Source: Guillardia theta CCMP2712 (taxonomy: Eukaryota > Protista > Cryptophyta). Taken from it: a stretch of 61,723 nt of DNA. Position 1 is the stretch's first letter; each line of letters begins with the position of its first letter. The stretch spans positions 1 through 61,723 of the forward strand of contig NW_005434579.1 of assembly GCF_000315625.1 (NCBI RefSeq), in the 5' to 3' direction. Under the pieces are notes generated by a model. It was given only the letters and a program-made list of their open reading frames with translations. It was not told where the DNA came from and ran no database searches. This document shows, piece after piece, positions 1 through 6,899 of the stretch. Made by a program: the position numbers and the translations under genes.

Positions 1-1257
1 TTCATCTTGAGGAGGTGAGAGAACTCAGCTAGGGCCCCCGCCTTGCCAGAGTGCTTATCCTTCTGTGGCCTTATCTTGAAGGAACAAGGATGCTTCGAAT
101 GCGCGTTCACCGCGCGGATCATCTTTCCGTCGATCCTGAAGTTCGTCTGTCCTTTCCACAGCAGTTCTGCTGCGTCGTTCAATTGGAGTGTTGCCACGAC
201 TGGGATTTCATCCACTGTCGGAATCAAATCTTTCTTGATCGGGGCTCTCCACGAGATGCATTTCTTGCCCTGCTCCTCGTGCACCAAGAGTCCTTGATCC
301 TTCAACTTCTCACACAGTACCTCAACTTGTTTTATGTACTGGGTAGGAACTCCGAGGATAGCCATGGTAATCAGTTTACCACTCTCGGGGGACGCTCCTG
401 AAGCATCGATGCAGGCACTCTTGTCTAGTACCTCCTGTTTGTCTGCGTTCCATGCAGAGACATACCACGACTGTCCTTCTTCCCCCCATTCTTTGATGGC
501 ATCCTCCTGGCTCCTGACTTCAGCATGTTTGCAGGTCTGTCGAATGGCTTCGGCTAAGGCGTTCATCGAGACTTCCTTGGACTGCAAGGCTCTGCCTGTC
601 CTGCTCTGAGGGTACTGCCTGACGAAGTGTTCCAATCTTCGGATCAGCTCTCCTAGCGAAGGTGCTGAAGGTGTCGTGTCCTTGTTTAGGAACTGGGAAA
701 CTCGGACACGAGCAATCTGTTTCCTTTCCTCTTTGGATAGATACCACATGATCAAACAACCGTTTCTGCACAGAAAAATATCCTGTTCAGCACCCTAGCT
801 CGCAGGGATCCCCTCAAACTGCAGGGGAGGAGAGCATGTCTGTTACTCCAGCGGCCTGTCTGTTACTCCAGCGGCCTGTCTGTTACTCCAGCGGCCTGTC
901 TGTTACTCCAGCGGCCTGTCTGTTACTCCAGCGGCCTGTCTGTTACTCCAGCGGCCTGTCTGTTACTCCAGCGGCCTGTCTGTTACTCCAGCGGCCTGTC
1001 TGTTACTCCAGCGGCCTGTCTGTTACTCCAGCGGCCTGTCTGTTACTCCAGCGGCCTGTCTGTTACTCCAGCGGCCTGTCTGTTACTCCAGCGGCCTGTC
1101 TGTTACTCCAGCGGCCTGTCTGTTACTCCAGCGGCCTGTCTGTTACTCCAGCGGCCTGTCTGTTACTCCAGCGGCCTGTCTGTTACTCCAGCGGCCTGTC
1201 TGTTACTCCAGCGGCCTGTCTGTTACTCCAGCGGCCTGTCTGTTACTCCAGCGGCCT
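1..1257 (-). mobile_element. Telomere-associated element, family A, copy A1 (3' part lies beyond the window start)
   Basis: 1-856 appears identical to 2508-3363 (offset 2507). It carries the 5' part of the family A ORF (start ~755) and a 21-copy 20-bp array abutting telomere repeats. Confidence 0.75.
837..1257. repeat. Perfect tandem repeat, 21 x TGTCTGTTACTCCAGCGGCC (20 bp)
   Basis: Read directly. No spacers; ends ...GCGGCCT|CCTAAA. Confidence 0.98.
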
Positions 1258-1284
1258 CCTAAACCCTAAACCCTAAACCCTAAA
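1258..1284 (+). repeat. Interstitial telomere tract (CCCTAAA), ~4 units
   Basis: CCTAAA+(CCCTAAA)3, the Arabidopsis-type telomere repeat. Confidence 0.95.
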
Positions 1285-1429
1285 GCTGTGAGAACTAATT
1301 TATTCAGGGCAAGAAACAACAGGTCAGTTCGAAATTCTTTTTGTTGTTTCTCCCCTCCTCTCCCTGTTGCTTTTGCAAAGGCTCCCTGGCGTCTTCTTGA
1401 TGCTACCGTCTCCCACGCATGCTGCTCGC

Positions 1430-3262
1430 TTACTCTTGCAATCTTACGGAGTCTTCAAAACTTGCATGTCGTCGTCCTGGGTTGCCGAGGATGATTCCGC
1501 CCATTCCTTCAGCGTCGGAAAACATGCATTTCCAGGAGATGACAAGCTGTCGTACAGGCCGACGATGGCTCCATCGAGCCTGAGTTTGCAAGCTTGGTTT
1601 TCTGCACTCTGTCCCTGGTTGACAGTCTCCTCTAGANNNNNNNNNNNNNNNNNNNNNNNNNNNNNNNNNNNNNNNNNNNNNNNNNNNNNNNNNNNNNNNN
1701 NNNNNNNNNNNNNNNNNNNNNNNNNNNNNNNNNNNNNNNNNNNNNNNNNNNNNNNNNNNNNNNNNNNNNNNNNNNNNNNNNNNNNNNNNNNNNNNNNNNN
1801 NNNNNNNNNNNNNNNNNNNNNNNNNNNNNNNNNNNNNNNNNNNNNNNNTTCTTTTCTGAGAGCTGAGCACTAGATGTTCACCGTTCCAGCTGTTGGTCTC
1901 GACATCTTCTTTCGAGGAGATCTTGACGATGTGCTCAGCCGCTGACTCCTTCCAGCTCGCCACGATCCGTCTCAGTCCTCGAATTGTCATGCCCATAGAG
2001 AGATCCTCCCCGTCGCAGATCTGTTCAGCTTCCTCTCTGGTGAACCTTCCCTTCTGTGCTTTACTCTTGACCAGTACCTCATAGGTCACTCTTCGTGGTA
2101 CTGCTCCTAGCGCGTCGGGCAAGAAGTCCAACCTAATTGGATGCTGTCTCGTTACCCTGGTGATTGCACTAACCTGAGTAGTGAACCATTTGAGGATTTT
2201 TTCATCTTCCGACATCAGTCCGAGGTGTATGCTTCCTCCATTCCTGTCGTCGCCCTCAAACATCCGTAGCGTGGTGCTCAGGACGTCCGTCGAAGAGCAT
2301 CTCGCAATCCAATCGATCTCTCTTCCTTGTCGTATCTCGTCCACTCCGGCTGCTGCGAAAGTGCGTTTGTTGGGCTGACCTTGAGGTCTCCTCTTCGTCT
2401 TGACCTCTAGCTGCATGCCCGCTTCCGGCTGCACCTCCAACACAGCTATTCCTTGTTGCAGCAGGTGTTGACGATAGATCTCCGTAATCCCAGCTGAGTT
2501 CATGCCATTCATCTTGAGGAGGTGAGAGAACTCAGCTAGGGCCCCCGCCTTGCCAGAGTGCTTATCCTTCTGTGGCCTTATCTTGAAGGAACAAGGATGC
2601 TTCGAATGCGCGTTCACCGCGCGGATCATCTTTCCGTCGATCCTGAAGTTCGTCTGTCCTTTCCACAGCAGTTCTGCTGCGTCGTTCAATTGGAGTGTTG
2701 CCACGACTGGGATTTCATCCACTGTCGGAATCAAATCTTTCTTGATCGGGGCTCTCCACGAGATGCATTTCTTGCCCTGCTCCTCGTGCACCAAGAGTCC
2801 TTGATCCTTCAACTTCTCACACAGTACCTCAACTTGTTTTATGTACTGGGTAGGAACTCCGAGGATAGCCATGGTAATCAGTTTACCACTCTCGGGGGAC
2901 GCTCCTGAAGCATCGATGCAGGCACTCTTGTCTAGTACCTCCTGTTTGTCTGCGTTCCATGCAGAGACATACCACGACTGTCCTTCTTCCCCCCATTCTT
3001 TGATGGCATCCTCCTGGCTCCTGACTTCAGCATGTTTGCAGGTCTGTCGAATGGCTTCGGCTAAGGCGTTCATCGAGACTTCCTTGGACTGCAAGGCTCT
3101 GCCTGTCCTGCTCTGAGGGTACTGCCTGACGAAGTGTTCCAATCTTCGGATCAGCTCTCCTAGCGAAGGTGCTGAAGGTGTCGTGTCCTTGTTTAGGAAC
3201 TGGGAAACTCGGACACGAGCAATCTGTTTCCTTTCCTCTTTGGATAGATACCACATGATCAA
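1430..3262 (-). CDS. Uncharacterised element-encoded protein (~470 aa uninterrupted before the gap); ORF1/gag-like with possible RRM-type folds
   Basis: Long intronless ORF, homologous to the ORFs at 3515-4511 and 5200-6181 (YPxSRT, AIAEAIRxTC, I(T/S)MxxLG, W(R/K)AP, IxG(K/R)xxxA, SFKxR, GxLAE motifs). The reading frame after the N gap is uncertain. Confidence 0.7.
   Translation of the reverse strand: MIMWYLSKEERKQIARVRVSQFLNKDTTPSAPSLGELIRRLEHFVRQYPQSRTGRALQSKEVSMNALAEAIRQTCKHAEVRSQEDAIKEWGEEGQSWYVSAWNADKQEVLDKSACIDASGASPESGKLITMAILGVPTQYIKQVEVLCEKLKDQGLLVHEEQGKKCISWRAPIKKDLIPTVDEIPVVATLQLNDAAELLWKGQTNFRIDGKMIRAVNAHSKHPCSFKIRPQKDKHSGKAGALAEFSHLLKMNGMNSAGITEIYRQHLLQQGIAVLEVQPEAGMQLEVKTKRRPQGQPNKRTFAAAGVDEIRQGREIDWIARCSSTDVLSTTLRMFEGDDRNGGSIHLGLMSEDEKILKWFTTQVSAITRVTRQHPIRLDFLPDALGAVPRRVTYEVLVKSKAQKGRFTREEAEQICDGEDLSMGMTIRGLRRIVASWKESAAEHIVKISSKEDVETNSWNGEHLVLSSQKRXXXXXXXXXXXXXXXXXXXXXXXXXXXXXXXXXXXXXXXXXXXXXXXXXXXXXXXXXXXXXXXXXXXXXXXSRGDCQPGTECRKPSLQTQARWSHRRPVRQLVISWKCMFSDAEGMGGIILGNPGRRHASFEDSVRLQE
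1637..1848. other. Assembly gap (212 N)
   Basis: N run. Confidence 1.
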
Positions 3263-3343
3263 ACAACCGTTTCTGCACAGAAAAATATCCTGTTCAGCAC
3301 CCTAGCTCGCAGGGATCCCCTCAAACTGCAGGGGAGGAGAGCA

Positions 3344-3406
3344 TGTCTGTTACTCCAGCGGCCTCTGTCTGTTACTCCAGCGGCCTGTCTGTTACTCCAG
3401 CGGCCT
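3344..3406. repeat. 3 x 20-bp family A repeat, with an extra TC after unit 1
   Basis: Read directly. Confidence 0.97.
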
Positions 3407-3514
3407 CCTAAACCCTAAACCCTAAACCCTAAACCCTAAACCCTAAACCCTAAACCCTAAACCCTAAACCCTAAACCCTAAACCCTAAACCCTAAACCCT
3501 AAACCCTAAACCCT
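3407..3514 (+). repeat. Interstitial telomere tract (CCCTAAA), ~15 units
   Basis: Perfect heptamer array. Confidence 0.98.
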
Positions 3515-4764
3515 TGATCTGCACTCTGAAGCTGCTGCGAAGTGCCCTCCTTTGCTTAGCGATCTTTCCCCTAGGAACGAAGGTGTCAGCTGTGAGCTCG
3601 ACTGCAAACGTCTCTCTGAGCTTGGCGTCGTCGCTGATGAGAGTGAGATGCACCCCCTCCATCGCCTCGCTCTCTCTGAACGAGGCCAAGGTCTGCTCGC
3701 AACTTGCCGTCGAAGGCGAGCTCAGCACCCACTCCAGCTCTTTTTGCTGGAGAGTTCCCGTGCTTGCCCCAACAGCCACATACGTCTTCGGGCTCGGCCC
3801 CTTGCGACCTCTCTGCCCAGGACCCTTCACGAGCATGCCAGCAAGCGGTTGTACCTCTGCGGCTGCAAGAGATTGCGAGAGCAGCTGAAATCGATAAATC
3901 TGAGCGATCTCGGCCGTCGACATTCCTCCAAGAGCTAGGAGCTGCGATAGCTCGGCAAGGCTCCCTCCCTTACCCCAAGGTCCTCGCTTGGCTCGAAGCT
4001 TGAAGGACCGGTCGTGTGCAATGCTGACCTCTGTGGCTCGAAACGCTCTCCCTTCGATGGTGTAATCTCTGCTGCCTTCCCATAGCTCCATGGCTGCTTC
4101 ATTCCGAAGGAAGGAGACGGTGACTGAGATGTCGTCTGCTCGTGCTATCTCAGGTCTGTAAGGTGCTTTCCACATGATGGCCTTGTCGACTCCATCGACT
4201 GAGTCTACCATGAGACCCAGCTCCATAAGCTTCGTTTTCAACTTTTCTTCTTGTCGAACAAACATCGAGGAAATCCCTAGGAGAGTCATGGAGATGAAGG
4301 AGGTCCCCTCGGTGCCTTCGGTGCCGATGTATGTCTCGACATTCTGCTTCTTGGCCTCCTCCATCTGTTGAATAAACCATGCTCTCGACTCTGAGCTCCA
4401 TTCACTCAGAGAGTCTTCAAACAGGTCGCGTCTCGCCTGCCGACATGTCGAGCGGATGGCTTCAGCGATAGCGTCGGGAGCCTGTGCATCCCCCCTCAGC
4501 TCTGCAAGCATAAGCTGTCCGACTATTCGGATAACTAGTAACGCTTGGTGAAGCTCTTCACCCTCTCGACGAGGTCAGCCTCCTCGACGTGGCCTCCAGA
4601 GCGCTCACCCTGCGTGTATTGGCATGATCTCCGATACAGCAGGTTGCGAACGCTCTCATCATACTGTAGTACCATACTTAGAAAACTATTTGAATTATAC
4701 AAACCTCTTGCTCGCAGCTTCCACCGGTCCCCTTGCGCTCTCCCTACGCGCCGCAGGGCAGCAT
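3515..4764 (-). pseudogene. Family B ORF, disrupted near its N-terminus and truncated at its C-terminus
   Basis: The upstream frame (…KLRARGLYNSNSFLSMVLQYDE…DLVERVKSFTKRY*) is broken by a stop and frameshifts near 4490-4540. The main 339-codon ORF is 3492-4511. Confidence 0.65.
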
Positions 4765-4766
4765 GC

Positions 4767-4822
4767 TCTTACTAAGGGCCGGCTGTCTTACTAAGGGCCG
4801 GCTGTCTTACTAAGGGCCGGCT
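4767..4822. repeat. 3 x TCTTACTAAGGGCCGGCTG (19 bp), family B repeat
   Basis: Read directly; ends ...GGCCGGCT|CCTAAA. Confidence 0.97.
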
Positions 4823-4861
4823 CCTAAACCCTAAACCCTAAACCCTAAACCCTAAACCCTA
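4823..4861 (+). repeat. Interstitial telomere tract (CCCTAAA), ~5.5 units
   Basis: Perfect heptamer array. Confidence 0.97.
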
Positions 4862-5190
4862 GTAGTAGTAGTAGTAGTAGTTGAGTTTATTAGAATGCTA
4901 GGTAGGTTGCATGGCTTGTTATCACCTTGCTCTATTCTAGTCTAACTAGTAACAGGGATCTCGTGACCTGGCAGTTCGGCCCGACTTGGCTGGCCCCTAT
5001 GGCAGCCTTGCTTCTGCTCTGCTTCCTCCTCTGATATACTTCAGTGGTCTTCCCGGCCTCAGCCAGTGGAGTGTCCTCCGCCGGCCTTGGCCTGGGTTGT
5101 CCGTGTTTTACCGAGTACTTGTGTTGCTTCCTCGGCTCCGACACACCTTGGCGGTCTCGGCCGGCCTTCGGTCACGGTGAGTGGACTAGG
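4862..5190 (-). mobile_element. Probable 5'-truncated 3'-end fragment of a retroelement with AATAAA and a (CTA)n tail
   Basis: Minus strand reads GGTTTAGGG|~300 nt…AATAAA CTCAA (CTA)6-7|GGGTTTAGGG. Confidence 0.55.
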
Positions 5191-5199
5191 CCCTAAACC

Positions 5200-6305
5200 A
5201 ATCTCCTTCCTCGTGAAGCGACCAGATGCCGCCGTCAACTTGATGGTATCGCTTCGCTCTCTCGGAAAGCTCGAAATGCTGTATCATTCGCCTCTGGGCA
5301 GCTCGAGGATCGGACACGATCCACTCCACCTCCCTCTGTCTCCAGATGACGTTGGCCCCTACAGCGACGAAGCCTTTCTGACCTAACCCTTTGTGGACTT
5401 GCTGGCCTGGCCCAGCGACCAGCATGCCTGCCAGCGGCCCGGGCTGGAGTTGGACCGCTGCAAGGGACTGGCGAAGCAGCTGATACCGGTAGACGGCAGC
5501 TATCTCTGCTGTTGTCATGCCGCCCAAGGTTAGCAGGTGAGTCAGCTCTGCCAAGCTGCCCTCTTTGCCCCAGGGTCCTCTCTTGGCTCGAATCTTGAAA
5601 GATCGATCGTGCACGATGCTCACATGTACAGCTGTGAACTTGCGACCATCGATCGCGAAGTCCTCTCTTCCCTGCCAGAGCTTCTCCGCTTGTGCATTGC
5701 GGAGGAAGGAAACAGTCACCGGGATCTCATCAGCACTCGCTATCTCGGGTCTATACGGAGCCTTCCACATGATTGCTTTACTCTCTTGCACTGAGTCTAC
5801 GATCATTCCGATCTCTTCGAATTTCTTCTTCAGCTTCTCTTCATGGTTGACATACACCGAGGAGATGCCCAGGAGAGTCATGGAGATGAAGGAAGTCACC
5901 TCGTTGCCTGCTGAGGCTATATATGTCTCGACCTTCTCCTTCTTGGCTTCCTCCATCTGCTGCATAAACCACTCTCTGGATGTGTCACTCCATCCAGTCA
6001 TTGCCTCTTGTAGAAGCTCACGTCGTGCCTGCTGACATGTCGAGCGGATGGCTTCTGCGATAGCGTCGGGGGTGCATCCCTCCACAGCCTTGCAAGCCTG
6101 GGCTGTCCTGCTGTTAGGATAACGCTTCGCGAAGCTCTTCACCCTCTCGACAAGATCAGCTTCGAGGACCGAGGCATCCACACGCTCGCCCTGCGTGTAT
6201 TGGCATGATCTCCCGGATACAGCAGGTTGCGAACATTTTCATCATACTGAAGAACCATTCTTACAAAGCTGTTTGAACTATACGAACCTCTTGCTCGCAG
6301 CTTCC
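5200..6305 (-). pseudogene. Degenerate third copy (C) of the element ORF, closest to family B
   Basis: ORF 5186-6181 aligns to B, and nucleotide similarity to 4590-4722 continues to ~6305. It has frameshifts and an internal deletion between FRESEA and IKLTAASGRFTRKE, and ends at CCCTAAACC (5191-5199). Confidence 0.7.
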
Positions 6306-6899
6306 TTCGCACCTGGCCTCTGCTAGTCACAGTGAACAAAAAAAAGATGGTCAAATGTTGCAGAACAAAGGAAGCTGAGAAACATTTTATGAGGCAATGC
6401 TGAATTGGGAGATCTTGCAGATAACCGATTCAGAGATCCAAGTACGGGTTGAGCCGATGTCAGCAGAGAGAGAGGGAGCTGAATGACTGTGAGTTGTCGT
6501 CCGCTTTTGCTGAATGATAGGGATTCTATCAAAGAAGCTTGAATCCACTCAGTTACTTAGAAAGACGATCCAACGAGACATTTACAACATTTGACGCGTT
6601 CCCGAAATCTTTCCGATGTTTTATTCATCAATGGCATGTCACCATTTCCCTCTGCTAAATTGAGACGTGCTAAGATGTCTCCTCTCCTCTGTTGTCTCCT
6701 GACTTTATTAGAAAGCTGGAATGTCATTCGGCCCCGCATGGGCCGCTCTCACAAACAAAGAAATGATAGAGGGAGAATGACAATGGTTGTTATATCCCTA
6801 CAAGGTTAACTCTTGAGATTTACTCTGAACCGAAACGAAATTCAAACACGCTCTTCTAGTCCCACTCATCCTCCCTCTGAAAGTCGACTCCGTTGTGCA

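Larger units (their letters stand above)
1285..3406 (-). mobile_element. Telomere-associated element, family A, copy A2 (apparently full length, ~2.1 kb, contains an assembly gap)
   Basis: Flanked on both sides by CCCTAAA tracts. Has 5' 20-bp repeats, a long ORF, and minus-strand AATAAA (1299-1304) 14 nt before the telomere junction. Confidence 0.75.
3515..4822 (-). mobile_element. Telomere-associated element, family B; 3'-truncated and telomere-capped
   Basis: Has 5' 19-bp repeats at the TTTAGG|AG junction. The ORF runs directly into TTTAGGG repeats (...VQIK|GLGFRV). Confidence 0.75.

Noticed and set aside
837-1257. CRISPR array
   Set aside because: Contiguous identical units with no spacers, no cas genes, and a eukaryotic context.
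836-1276. 146-aa plus-strand ORF
   Set aside because: An artefact of translating a stop-free 20-bp tandem repeat.
1258-4861. True chromosome terminus
   Set aside because: All telomere tracts are internal and short; the actual end must lie left of the window.
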